A stretch of 64,000 bases of DNA from Gekko japonicus (Eukaryota), in assembly GCF_001447785.1 (NCBI RefSeq), contig NW_015175367.1, positions 901,369 to 965,368 on the forward strand, given 5' to 3'. The position numbers and the translations under genes were made by a program. The notes under the pieces were generated by a model. That model saw only the letters and a program-made list of their open reading frames with translations, was not told where the DNA came from and did no database searches. Below, piece by piece: positions 24,401 to 35,634 of the stretch (position 1 is the stretch's first letter; the number at the start of each line of letters is the position of its first letter).

Positions 24401-27400
24401 AAGTATGAATCTGCAGGGTTTTTAAAGTAATTGCATGTTTTCTGTATTACGTTCTGTCTTACATTAACATCTACTGAGAAGATAAGTAATAATATTAGGA
24501 AATAAATGTTAACCTGTAATAATCACAGTCTTATGCTCCACGTGACTACAAAATGTGCCGCCACCAGGCTAGCTTGAAGAGAGTGTGTGTGTGTGTTTCC
24601 AGATTCCTCTTTTGCTACCTCTTCTCCCCTTCTTTATGGATCACTTCTGATAGTCTTAAGTTCTTCTTTTTTCCTTGGCTCATTGCTTGACCTTTCTCAA
24701 CTGCTCTATTCATATGATATGAACAACTCAGCCTATAGCAGCAAGAAACCCTTCTCCCTGCCTGTAATTGACTTCTTTGGTCAGTTACTAACAAAGGCTT
24801 TGCTATTACCAACATACATTCCCTTAGTAAGTTATAGATGTTATGGAGTAACATCTTAAAGAGAGACTCATTAAAGTTTTCTTTTTTCTTTGTAGAGTCG
24901 AATCCAAGCACTTGAATATATGGTGGAGGAAGATAAACAAAAGACTATTCAACTTGAGCTTCTTAAACAAGAAAAATCCAAACTTATTTCACAGATAACA
25001 GCCCAGGAATCTGTAATTGATGGATTAAAAACTGAAAGAAAAATATGGGGACAAGAGCTGGCGCAACAGGGTAAATTAGTAGTAGAGTTCATTGCAAATG
25101 GCTAAAGGCAGTTATGATCTTAGACTGGAAAGTAATACATAAAATAAGCAGTGTGCCTTGTTTTTAGTTCTGATAGGATATAAATGAAGAATGAACTTGA
25201 AATATGTTAGTTACATTTGTAAGAATGCACAGACTGGTTTGTAATGAGTGAGACAATGGTAGCAAACCTTGTACCCTTTATGTCAGTGGATGCCAACTTA
25301 GGTTTCCTTTCAGTTTGTCCATACAGGGTAGGAGCTGTTGCATAAAAACCTGTTTTGTCAGGGTTGGTCCATCTCTTAGGTGCATCTAGGCACCAACCAA
25401 TCTGTCAGTGTTCAGCCCATGGTGTTGGGCTGTGCTGCATCAAGCGGCAGCCCCAGGCGATACACCTGGCCTTAGTGGGTCTGAGTCTGTTCCTTTCCTC
25501 CCTCTGCTGAGGGGCTGGGACCAAGGGTGGGCCCTTTTTCCAGGGCTATATTGCTGGAGGTAGGAAGCAAAGTAATTCGCCTAGGCGGCTGAGAGTCCTC
25601 GGGCTGACCCTGTGTTCTGTTGATGTCTGAGTGCATCCAAATGCTCATTCATTACCACTGATTTTTAGAAGCACTAACTATAGTTCCAAAACACTAACTA
25701 TACTAGATGTCTTACTGTATGCTTTTTCCTTTTTTTAAAAAAACCCACAACAGTTGATCAGTTAATAATCCTCAAGTGAGAGCCAGTTTGGTGTAGTGGT
25801 TAGGAGCGCGGACTCTAATCTGGGAGAACCAGGTTTGATTCCCCACTTCTTCATATGCAACTGCTGGTGTGACCTTGGGTCAGTTACAAGTTCTTTCAGA
25901 GCTGTTCTTTCATGAGCAGTTCTCAAAAGAGCTCTCTCAGCCCCACCTACCCCACAGGGTGTCTGTTGTGGGGAGGGGAAGGGAAAGGAGATTGTAAGCT
26001 GCTTTGAGACTCCTTCGGGTAGTAAAGGGCGGGGTATAAATCCAATCTCTTCTCTTCTTCAAATTGAAGAAAATTGAAATTGAAAGAAAATTGAAGAAAG
26101 AAAATTATTAATACAGCGCCTGTGTGGAGAGATGTTGTAGAAGGCCTGTCACTTTCAGGGAGCGCTACTCTCCTCCACAGAAAGTGAGGAGGAGAGTTGC
26201 AAGCTAGGTTAGGTGCCTGTTGGATCTGTGGAAAAGAGCTCCAGTTAAAGCTTTATGTTGGGATTCAAAGCAACCAAAGGGGACTAAGCAGTTATACTGT
26301 TTTGAGTATCTTGTTGTGAGATGAAAATAGAATTTATGAAAATAAATGTCCAGTGGCAAACAAGCTTATTCAAGAAAATAGTCTTTCTCTCTGCAAGTTT
26401 GAATCTCCAGTTCTGAAAGTTTTACCATGGTCCCCATGGTTTGAGGTACTGCAGATAGTGAAGTAAGATCGTGGAAAGAAAAATGATTATTTCTAGCCTT
26501 TGTGTTACTTGGTAATACCCAGAAGAGAATTCTGCATTTGCATTATTCTAATATGATGTACTTGATACATTCCCCAGATGCAGAAGATGAGAACTGATTC
26601 CAAGCAGGTTTCAAATACTTTGCATTTGACTTTAAATATGGGATAAAACAAACATGTCTAGAACCTAATAAAAGCTGAAATGGTCAGAATAAAGTGTTTC
26701 TCTGCTGGCAGCCATCCTATGAAAATGAATGCCCTTCTCCCAGGAAAGACCCCCCCCCCGAAGTTGCAGTCCAAAGCAAAAGGTAACAAACAAAATCACA
26801 GGGTAAGGGAAATCAAAAGATTTAGAGCAGAGTACTGTGGAGGATAAGTGTGTTTGATAAGAGAGTGGAGGATCAGATCTTTGCTGCCTTCTATGAGCAG
26901 TGCCCTGTGCTCTTAAAAAAATACTCCTGAGGGCAGAGGAACCCTCCAGCCGTGTAAGACCTGCAACAAGAAGAAGCAGTTGGCAAAAATTGCCCCCCTT
27001 CCACTTTTGTACTACCCAAACAAAAGGTTGTACAAGAACAGGATCCTAATGTCTGCTGATTCTTCCTTGTTCCCCACCATGCTGAGCCTAAGGATCCCTC
27101 AACTGTCAGGATTTTTGGATGGTTATGGGGGTATCTATGAGAAAGGTGACAAAGATCATTTCCTTACTTCCCAAAAATGTTTTTAGAATAAACACTTGGA
27201 AGTCTGATAAAAGTGCCACTAGCTGCCTGAAATAGCCATTTACATAGTAGCTGTGAAGTGCAGTTGCTTGCGAATAGAGAAGCAAATATCATTCTTGATT
27301 AAGCAAGCTGTGGAGGCCTGCAAGAGTTTTCAGCATCAGGACATGCAACTGTTGTATGTCCTATCTTCTTCTTAAACCTGTTTGCAGAGAAGATGTCAGA

Positions 27401-30400
27401 AAAATATGTAGAAAGCTTTTAAGCAATTGGGAAGGTCAAAGATAATAAAATTTAAAACCCAGGCTGGTAACAAAGTCATGCATTCCCTTCCTTTTGGCAT
27501 GGATGTAGAGGGCAGTTTAAAGTACCAGCTCTGTGGGTATTGTATACAGATACAAGACCTAAGACCAAATGCCCCAATGAAATACTAGGCTGGGAGGTGG
27601 GTAGGGGAGAATAATCTTATGGGAAATATAATTCAGCCTGGGAGCCTACCACTGTATTGTTCCTGACATATGCTGGCAAGCCCTTCTGTACAATAACTTC
27701 AAGGAACAAAATAATATGGAGGGGGGAGCTGGGAAGCTTATTTTGATTTGTTTGTGTTTTTTTTCTTTTGTCAGTCCCATGATGCTTAAGTATTCATTCA
27801 GAAACTGAGTCTCAATAGATAAACTTGATAGGCTAGTATTCACAGAGATGTTTATTGGTATGGGCACAATATAAATAAAGCCTGGTTCCTAACTTCCTCA
27901 AATGGAAGGTTTGAACAGCTGGATTTGCCCCACATTCTTTCCTCCAGTTGTTTCATGTGTTGTCCTGAAAAGCTATTGCTGAGAGTTGTGGTGGTGGTTG
28001 GGGGCTCCTGAAAAAGATCCCATGTGGTATACAGGCGGGTGCAAAAAGTAGGGGACATCAGGTGAAATTGCCTCCTTCCGTCTTGCACAAGTGAAGCAAG
28101 CTCATTTTCTAAAGATCAGATGATGGAAGAGAATTTTTTTTGACAAGTTGACATTAGCAACAACAACAAAAAACCAGACTACAGACTAAATTTCACAGCA
28201 GTTTCCCATAAAGTACATCAGAGACTGCCAAGTGAGTTCATGAATAAGTGACTTAGGTAATATAGATATTTGACTTTTTCTCTCTCTCTGTCACATACAG
28301 AAAAAAAATGAGCAAGAATATACTTACATAGAGAGAGAAGTTCTAGAAAAGATTCACAAAGGATAGCTGTGGTTATAATGGAAGTATGGTGGCACTTTGA
28401 AAGGTGAACAGTTTTTTAAAATAATTCATAAGCTTTCCAAAAGTTTTATGCTAGAATAAAAGCTTTAAGGTGCTACAAGACTCCTGTTCACTTTCTTAAG
28501 GCAATGTCACTGTAAGAAAAGGATGTTTTCTCAGGTAGGAAGTTGAGAACTGAAAGGAAAGATGATGCTCTAGTAGTTGGCTCAACAAAATTTAGAGTTG
28601 GAAGTAATTAGGGGTCTCTGAGCAACAATGTACATTTTTGAGCAGTCTAATAGTGTCACTTGCTCAGCATTATTTTAATGTTATAGTCATATTTATAGCC
28701 AGCTTTCAGTATGTCTTGTCAAAAATGCAGTTAGCTCAAGAAGTATAAAATATGCTAGTGTGTCAAAGCAGGCAGATTGAAGGAATCTTGCTGTTTTGTT
28801 TTTACTTCTCCCGCTAGTCTCAGGGTGCTGAAATTTCTTCCCTGGGAAGAGCCAACATGCATTGGAATAGAAGGAATATTTTTGTCATATGTGTTTTGTC
28901 AGCCTGGATTATATAAGGATCCATATGCAAAAGAACCTCCTCAGGAAAGCTCCTCCATTAGCATGTCACAGCCTGGGGAACGCCTACAAGATAATGACTC
29001 AGCCCTACCCCACCTTCCTGAGTAGATATAAATTACCTGCCTACCATTTTTCTTCTCACCTTGATACAGAGAGTACTCCATCTTTCTGTGTTATACCTCT
29101 GAGGATGCCAGTCACAGCTGCTGGTGAAACGTCAGGTCCTACAATGCCAAGACCACGGCCATACAGCACGGAAAATCTACAACTAATGAACGCCGGCCGT
29201 GAAAGCCTTCGACAATATAAGGGGTTTTGTTTGGGGTTTTTTTACCGTCAAGTTTATTTATTATTTATTTATTTTATTAGATTTATACCCTTCCCTCCCC
29301 ACTGAGGCAGGCTCAGGGCAGCTTACATTAAAAGTTAAAAACAGGTTAAAATAATAAAACATGTATAAGGTGCTATATATAGATACTACATATGATGGTG
29401 AAAACATAATTTTTTAATATTAACCATAACAGGTATCCAATCTGTAGTGGTTGCAAGATTGCTGTCCAGGCACGGCACAATTAGCCAATGATAGTCCAGG
29501 TATTAAATACAGGCACGGCACAATTAGCCAATGATAGTCCAGGTATTAAATACAGGCACGGCACAATTAGCCAATGATAGATTCCAGGGCAAGGCTCTTA
29601 GATCTATGTTAAATTATTAAATGTGGCTCCTCCGTCAAATGCCTGGTGGAAGAGCTCCGTCTTGCAGGCCCTGCGGAATTGAAATAAAGTTGCAGCCGGC
29701 TTATGGCGATGACTTGGGATTTTCAAGGCAAGAGATGTTCAGAGGTGGTTTGCCATTGCCTGCCTCTGCTTAGGGATCCTGATATTCCTTGGTGGTCTCC
29801 CATCCAAATACACACCAGGGCTGGTCCTGCTTAGCATCTGAGGTCTGATGAAATCAGGCTATCCTGGTCAGAACCATAACTTTTGTACTTCCTAAAATAT
29901 TTGAGAAATGGAACAGAAGGTGGTGAGTTTGCTTGCAAGATGTAGTTTAATCTTATGTAGCTTAAATATCTACAGTACTGAAAATGCCAAACCTGTTTTG
30001 GTGTCTTCCCCTCTCCCCAGGAGTTTCTCTTGCTCAAGATAGAGGAAAATTGGAAGCCAAAATAGAAGTCCTAACTAGTGAGATAAATGCTCAGAAGAAA
30101 GAAAATGAACATAACCAAGATACATTGAAGATAAAGTCTAAAATAGTGGAAGATCAAACAGAAACCATTAGAAAATTAAAAGTAGTGAGTGTCCCTTATT
30201 GAATATTGTAATGATATGAGAAAATGGGTAGATGGGCATAAGGACTGTAAAAGTTTATTTGTTTAATAAATTGGTATGCTGCTTTCCTGTTGAAGTGGTT
30301 TCTAGCACAAATGATGACATAAACAAGATGTCAAAAACATTTTTAATGAGGAATTTCAGAAAATTAGCCATGTGCTCTTAAGGTCTGTTTTGCGTGCTTT

Positions 30401-33400
30401 CCTAAAGAGTAGCAAAGATATCATGGCCCCAGCTTCACTGGGCAGCCTGATCTGTAGGAGCAGGGTTGCCCCAGGTCTCAGCCCTTCTTTGGAGAAGATG
30501 ACCAGTAAGCCCTCTTGGGAGAAGCAGAGCACTCTAGTGGGCTCACAAGGAGAGGGGCAGCCCAGTAAGTTAGGCGAGTCCCAGGCAATACAGGGCTTAC
30601 TTTAGAATACCTTGTTCATTATCATGTCCTTATTTCCAGAAATGGCCTTGTGCTTAAACAGCTACATGAAAGGCTGAAATACAGTAGGTGAAGTCTTCTC
30701 TGTCCCTGCATGTTCATAGGGAAAGTTGTACCTACTGAGTTTCTGCACATCATGTAACTGTCTGTATGTGGACCCTCTCAGAGTTTTAGTTAGGCAGAGA
30801 AATTGACAATAACCTGACAGAAAACTTGCAGATTCTATTGCTTCTCTCTGCTGAAGTAAAATATATCGGTGTCCGTAAGAATGATTTGATGGTGGAAGTT
30901 TCACTTAGTTGACCCTAGATCTGGTAGATCTGAGAAGTGTCTGAAAGATTCAAAGTGTTTGCCATTTCCTTTGCTTGACTTTTAAAAAAAATATATATGT
31001 AAAAACCTAGTGTTTCTCAGTTTGTCTCGTGAATCTCTTCTTTCTACAAACTGATAAGCCTTACTGTGTATGTGGAGGTCTTTTTTTTTTGTTTTTACGT
31101 TTAATCATACAATAATATTATGATTCCAAATATCCTAGGCCCTAATACTTGATTCCATTTGATGTGGGGGGTGGCCTTTAGGAACAAATGGCTATTAGAT
31201 TTTCAGAGTTGACTTTATGACCTTGAATCTGAAGCTTAGTTTTGTTTTCTCATTTTTACGTTAATGTACAAATCCCCCTGCTTTGAAGTTTTTTTTCCTT
31301 TTAATAAGATATAGCCTACATCTAGTTTGACTATGCATATATCGTTATATAGCTTTGCTTTACTACAACAATATTCTGTGTTTATGTAATGACTAATACA
31401 ATCCAGCAAAAGGTAGTTGCAACCAAGTCCAAGCAATAAAAAATAATGTAGACCTAAGTTTACAGCAGATGAGGTGGTCCAGGCACCAAGTCAGGTTACA
31501 GGAGAGGTCTCCTATAATTTAACAGTGCTTTAAAAAAAGCGCACATAGAACCCTAGCAGGCCAGGCTAGAGCCCTCCCTGATGTATTGTTTCTTTGCACA
31601 AGGAGATTGTTCTTAATGGAGGGTTTATTGATTTATTTGCTGTCCCTGAGGTCTATGCTTCAGCTTGTGCTCAGTGTTTCTTAACACTGATTGAAATAAG
31701 ACAGTATTTTATTTTTCAGTCACTTTTAATCTCTTCCCCTTATGACAGACTCAGTGTGACAAACAGTAGCTGCCAAACCTCTTAATTGTTCAATCCCGAT
31801 ATTTTTATGGAATTATGAGAAATAGTGAAGTAAAGGAATCTTTTTGAAAACTAATTCTTATAAAGCCACTGAGCTGTTTGACACCCCAGTAAGAAAAACA
31901 TATTCACTGATGAATACAGACTGATGGAAATGTTTGTTTTTAAGGCCTTACAGGAACGAGATGAGCAAATAAGAAAGCATCGTGAAGACCGTATGGAACT
32001 GGAGAAAAGACTTCAGGTACAACTAGAAGAAAGAGAGGTGCACTTGGAAGAGCTAACAGAAAAGTTAGAAAGGCAAAATGAGAGGAAAGAAGAACTAAAA
32101 CAACAGTTGCAACAAAAGGACACAGAGCTTGAAGATATCAAGAAAGCTTACAGGTGCTCACTTAGTCATATGCACATGTTGGTATGTCACAGACTATATT
32201 GAGATATGCTGGGAAACATGGTTATAATCTCACATGCGCAAGCCCTTCTAATGCTTGAAAAGTAGGACAAATATTTTCTTTGCACCAGTGTGAATAGTTT
32301 CTGAAGCCATTCTCATCATGCCTATTTGTTTTCAGTGCTATGAATAAGAAATGGCAAGATAAAGGAGGATTATTAAGCAAGCTGGAAGCACAGGTTAAAC
32401 AAATGAAAGAAAATTTTGACATAAAGGAGAAGCGCCTGATTGAAGAAAGAGACAAAAGTCTTCAAGCTCAGAAGTAAATAGAGAATGTTTTATGTGTGTG
32501 CCTTTTTGTCTATGACCTAACTTGGGGTATATTACCTGAGGAAAACCTTGGAGCTGGTGATGAGGCCCTGCCTCAGGAAAACAGCGGGACTGCTCCAACT
32601 CTGGAGGCTTATCCAATTTGCAGGATCAAGAATAAACTGGGCATGTATTAGGGAATAGGGGTTAGTAAAAAGTGCTAGCAGTTGTCAAGACAGTTGGCTT
32701 GTTAATGTTTATGTGCTAGGCAGAAAATTTAAAAGGACCACTTTTTACCCTTATGAGGCTGGATTCTTTCACGCTGTTTCGCACATTATGAATTTCCAGT
32801 ATTGTTAATTTTCTCTGTTGGAATTCAGTACATTTCTGGTATTGTTTCCCCACTGCCTTTGGAAAAGTAGGCAGGTTCAGGAACCTTATGGTCCAGCAGC
32901 ATCTAGATCATAGTGTCAAATGCATAATTCCTGCAGCAAGAAAATCTGATGTTTTTGTAAATTTTTCTTTAGATGACTGTGATAAAAATTCAGGTTTTTG
33001 AAATGGGACTGCTTCATAAAGTTGGCTGCATCCATAAACATTATTAAGAATAATGTCTGATGCATAGACCAGTTAGAAGTGTCTGATGCATAGACCAGTT
33101 CCTGTAGCAAGAAAATCTGATGTTTTTGTAAATTTTTCTTTAGATGACTGTGATAAAAATTCAGGTTTTTGAAATGGGACTGCTTCATAAAGTTGGCTGC
33201 ATCCATAAACATTATTAAGAATAATGTCTGATGCATAGACCAGTTACTATAATGCACCTGCAGAAAAGGAGTATTATTGAATGTAATTTATGGTGTGTGT
33301 TTGTCCCATTAGTATTGATACAGTATTGCAGTGCTATTGAAGAGATTTAAAGGTTGCTCTTGTATTTAGGGCTACAATGGAAAAGCTTCATTCTATTGAT

Positions 33401-34399
33401 GATGCTTTCAGAAGGCAACTTGAATCAACGTTAGCAAGTCATCAAGCAGAACTGCTACAGTTAGCAAATGAAAAACAACAACAAATTGTAGCAGCAAATG
33501 AAAAGGTGATGGATAATTTATATTTTATTTATAATTTATTATTTTATTTATAATGCTGAAGGTGTTCAGTTCTGCAGTTCATCTTGTCATCCCTCAGCCA
33601 AATAAGACACATGTCTGTTCGGATTTTTGTTGACTGGTAAATTGTAGTTGACTTAAGTGTCACTCAGTTGCTGAGGCTGTCTCAGATATATACTTGCTCC
33701 AAATGCTGAAGTTATGACCTTGAAGTTGTGGGATTTGTTTCCAACAGAGGGAGGCAGTTTTACAGATATTTTGAAACCCCTGAAAAACATGATTAATTAG
33801 GAAAGTGTTGGGAGGTTACAGTAAATTAGTGCTGTACCGAATGTGTTAGAATTCGGTGTTTAATTTTAAGGGAGCGGTTATTTTGTTACATTATCCTTAT
33901 AGTTAACTCTGCTCTTTAAATTTACATTTAACTAACAGAATGAGCCTTTTAATGTAATAATAGACTTTAAACAGACATGGTATTGTCATGGATAGGCTTT
34001 TCACATGTAGTTAGAGGAGAAAACTGCCACTTTTCATGCCTTTAGGCAGTTACCCTCCTCAATTGATGTCAAAACTTTGCCTTCCTTTCTATAACACTTG
34101 TGGGGGATGTATTCTATAAATTCACACTATCAGGGAAAAGCTAGCAAGATAAACTTCCACTAATACTGAAATAGTATGCAATTGACATGTCCTTTCTCAA
34201 AACAGCTGTATTGAGTGTAATGATACATCAAAATTCAAAATAAGGCTATTTATAGCATCTTTAAATTTACTTTCAGGTTTACCAAGTTGAAGAAGAAATG
34301 AGACAGTTACTTCAGGAAACGGCAAACAATAAAAAGGCCATGGAAGAGAAAATAAAACGACTTACAGTTGCCCTGGGTGACATTCAGCAAGTGCTCTGA
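9353..34399 (+). CDS. LRRCC1: Leucine-rich repeat and coiled-coil centrosomal protein 1 (CLERC), 19 coding exons, 1033 aa
   Basis: Exons: 9353-9411, 10401-10606, 11486-11551, 12206-12373, 12557-12726, 12893-13105, 16455-16648, 17175-17373, 18628-18776, 20464-20668, 23013-23152, 23594-23795, 24217-24402, 24896-25070, 30021-30184, 31945-32153, 32336-32473, 33370-33505, 34277-34399 (TGA). All introns are GT-AG, phases agree, total 3102 nt. N-terminal SDS22-type LRRs (LNLHSNQISRIE, LDLSSNCIHRIEGL, LNLSCNLITKVEG), an LRR cap (NPLC...YREILLQALPQLTTLDG), then a long coiled coil. Lies upstream of E2F5 as in other vertebrates. Confidence 0.95.
9933..10275 (+). mobile_element. Sauria SINE, full length
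   Basis: tRNA-like head (GGTGGCTCAAGTGGTTAAGAC...GTTCGAGAC), core GCTCCTGCCAACCTAACAGTTCGAA...GTAGATAAATAGGTACCAC, tail ACCTTTAC. Flanked by an imperfect TACAGAGTATT duplication. Confidence 0.85.
10890..11290 (-). mobile_element. 5S rRNA-derived SINE with RTE/Bov-B-type tail, interrupted by a hAT MITE
   Basis: The minus strand reads AGCCCAATATCATCAGATCTTGGAAGTTAAGCAGGG, like 5S rRNA GCCCGATCTCGTCTGATCTCGGAAGCTAAGCAGGG, followed by AATGGCAAACCACCTCTG. Confidence 0.7.
11011..11216 (+). mobile_element. 206 bp hAT-type MITE, copy 1
   Basis: TIRs CAGTGTTCCCTCTAAGCTG / CAGCTTAGAGGGAACATTG; perfect 8 bp TSD GTGGTCTG. Confidence 0.9.
12737..12802. mobile_element. 66 bp palindromic derivative of the same hAT MITE
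   Basis: The left 33 bp are folded back on themselves with 2 mismatches; 8 bp TSD ATTGTGAC at 12729-12736 and 12803-12810. Confidence 0.9.
13205..13700 (-). mobile_element. L2/CR1-group LINE 3' fragment
   Basis: Reverse-complement similarity to the 3' part of the LINE at 41060-42070 (CAGGGCTTTTTCGGTGGCAGCTCC..., GCCGCCCTGAGCC...GGGCGGGG tail). Confidence 0.6.
14385..15100 (+). mobile_element. Degenerate L2-type LINE 3' fragment
   Basis: Decayed RT C-terminal coding (VIHALIT..., FSVVAPCLWD) and an AATAAA-rich tail. Confidence 0.55.
15406..15924. mobile_element. Non-autonomous PIF/Harbinger MITE (519 bp)
   Basis: Perfect 14 bp TIRs GGCCCCGGTCACAC / GTGTGACCGGGGCC; 3 bp TSD CTG within CCWGG; CpG-rich interior; splits an older minus-strand L2 remnant. 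Confidence 0.8.
18043..18290 (+). mobile_element. tRNA-derived SINE (Squam3-like)
   Basis: GAGAGCCA...GGGTTTGATTCCCC head and (TCT)n tail; homologous to 25778-26020. Confidence 0.7.
18854..19059 (+). mobile_element. 206 bp hAT-type MITE, copy 2
   Basis: Same TIRs and interior as 11011-11216; TSD CTTGTAGC/CTTGTAGT. Confidence 0.9.
19515..19720 (-). mobile_element. tRNA-derived SINE (same family as 54714-54924)
   Basis: Reverse complement of the 54714 element (GCTGTGGCTCAGTGG head, TGATTCAGTATAAGGCAG tail). Confidence 0.7.
21444..22855 (-). mobile_element. 1.4 kb TSD-flanked, polyadenylated non-coding retroposed element (L1-type mobilisation)
   Basis: Perfect 16 bp TSD TACAGCAGAATTTGTT at 21428-21443 and 22856-22871. 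The minus-strand 5' end is GAGTTCCGGTTTTGGCGC...GATGGCGG and CpG-rich. AATAAA at 21488-21483 precedes an A/(AAAC)n tail. No long ORF. Confidence 0.75.
25359..25612. mobile_element. hAT-type MITE
   Basis: Imperfect TIRs CAGGGTTGGTCC / GGGCTGACCCTG; 8 bp TSD TGTTTTGT/TGTTCTGT. Confidence 0.6.
25778..26020 (+). mobile_element. tRNA-derived SINE (Squam3-like), full length
   Basis: GAGAGCCAGTTTGGTGTAGTGGTTAGG...GGTTTGATTCCCC (A and B boxes); TCTTCTCTTCTTC tail. Confidence 0.8.
29070..29220 (+). mobile_element. Penelope-like element pLTR fragment
   Basis: Sequence resembles PLE termini (CCTCTGAGGATGCC...GAAACGTCAGG...GACCACGGCCATACAGC...GGCCGTGAAAGCCTTCGAC) and contains a hammerhead motif. Confidence 0.65.
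29095..29137 (+). ncRNA. Minimal type I hammerhead ribozyme motif
   Basis: ACCT-CTGAGGA-T-GCCAG(tcacagctg)CTGGT-GAAA-C-GTC-AGGT: stem I, CUGANGA box, stem II, GAAA box, GUC cleavage triplet. Confidence 0.65.
29467..29580. repeat. 43 bp tandem repeat x2.6 inside an L2 3' fragment (~29250-29680, minus)
   Basis: CAGGCACGGCACAATTAGCCAATGATAG starts at 29467, 29510 and 29553. Confidence 0.85.
29685..29872 (-). mobile_element. 5S rRNA-derived SINE with RTE-type tail, copy 2
   Basis: The minus strand reads AGCCTGATTTCATCAGACCTCAGATGCTAAGCAGGACCAGCCCTGGTGTGTATTTGGATGGGAGACCACCAAGGAATATC, matching 5S rRNA, then GGCAATGGCAAACCACCTCTG. Confidence 0.75.
32928..33246. repeat. 171 bp-period tandem duplication in LRRCC1 intron 17
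   Basis: Copies begin at 32928 and 33099, nearly identical, with a re-duplicated ~21 bp piece at the junction. Confidence 0.9.
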
Positions 34400-34612
34400 A
34401 ATATAGACCCTGACAAGCTTATATTGGTTTATCAAAACCAGTAAAATAACTGGCAGTGTTCTTGACAGATGCAGTCATGATGTTAGTTCCTTTTTGTAAA
34501 GAGACATTTTATTAGGAAAATGCTGCATTAGCATGACTTTTCTTTGCCCATAAAGATGTACATTATTTTCAAAATAAATAATATTGTTAAACTGGTTTAC
34601 TGATGTTTTGTT

Positions 34613-34618
34613 AATAAA
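34613..34618 (+). terminator. Candidate LRRCC1 polyadenylation signal
   Basis: AATAAA 214 nt after the stop codon; another lies at ~34573. Confidence 0.5.
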
Positions 34619-35080
34619 ATCACTTTGCATGGAAGTCACTTTGAAAAAAGAGGGAACGGTGACAGAGAGGTTACAAAAGAGAGCAAGGATTGATTCTATT
34701 AGCCTTGCATTGGTTTTAGAATTGGACATTTTCATTCACATAGGACTAGGGCACTGAACACAATGGGGGGTGGGGGTGGATTTGATCGAGTACATGATCA
34801 GAGCTCATCCCCCAGTGGATCTTTATAGTATTCTCCCAATACTACAGCTATCTGTACTCCTTGAAAAATCACTCCCGAAGGTCAGAAGACCTCCAGGAAC
34901 AGAGCAGTTGGAAATGTAGGGGGCTTCGATACAGGTTTTAATTTAACCCATTATTTCATATATACAAACTATATATTAGAAACATTTCCATTTTATTGAT
35001 ACTTAGAGGGGGGATTGCTAGTCAGTGTTAAATGCTGCAGCCTTTATAGGTGAAGGGCATATGCATTCATGTGCGACACA

Positions 35081-35310
35081 TGAGCCATAGTGGTTAAAGG
35101 TGGCAGACTCTTAATCTGGAGGCCTGGGTTTTATTCTCCCTTCCTCCACATGAAGCCTGCTGGATGACCTTGGGCCAGTCACAGTTCTCTCTGAGCTCTC
35201 TCGGCCCCACTTGCCTCACAAGGTGCCTGTTGTGGGGAGAGGAAGGGATGGTGATTGTAAGCTGTTCTGAGACTCCTGGGAGAGAAAATCTGCATATAAA
35301 AACTATTCTT
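35081..35310 (+). mobile_element. tRNA-derived SINE (Squam3-like)
   Basis: Homologous to the copies at 18043 and 25778. Confidence 0.65.
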
Positions 35311-35469
35311 ATCCTGACTCAAAAGAGGAGTTGTGCTCCTCACCTTGTTCATTCTGTTGAACACTAAAGGGCACTTGTCCATTCCTTCCTCGCATGCTTA
35401 GTTTGTACTGAGGGGGCACACACAACAACCAAATTGTTCTGTCTTCCTTACACAAAACTTTGTCTCCCA

Positions 35470-35634
35470 GCAACTGCGCGGGCAGCGTCACTTCCTCTCC
35501 CCCCTCAGGCCAGCCGTTCGGGAAAGAGGTCTGGAGACGGCTCTAGTCTCCGGGCCCCGGCTGCTTTCTTACGGCCGGCTGGAGGGCCGCCGCCACCGCC
35601 GGGGAATCCCAGCTCGCCGGGCTGGGGATGCGGC
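35470..35634 (+). promoter_or_regulatory. E2F5 CpG-island promoter and 5' UTR
   Basis: Very GC/CpG-rich segment directly upstream of the E2F5 ATG; ETS-like CACTTCC and E2F-like TTCGGGAAA. Confidence 0.65.

Noticed and set aside
32916-33257. ORF with an internally repeated 57-aa peptide (similarly 44836-45156)
   Set aside because: By-product of intronic tandem duplications whose period is a multiple of 3.
35434-35634. In-frame upstream extension of E2F5 in the ORF track
   Set aside because: Starts at a non-ATG codon in promoter DNA; ATG 35635 (MAAA...) has good context and matches the E2F5 N-terminus.
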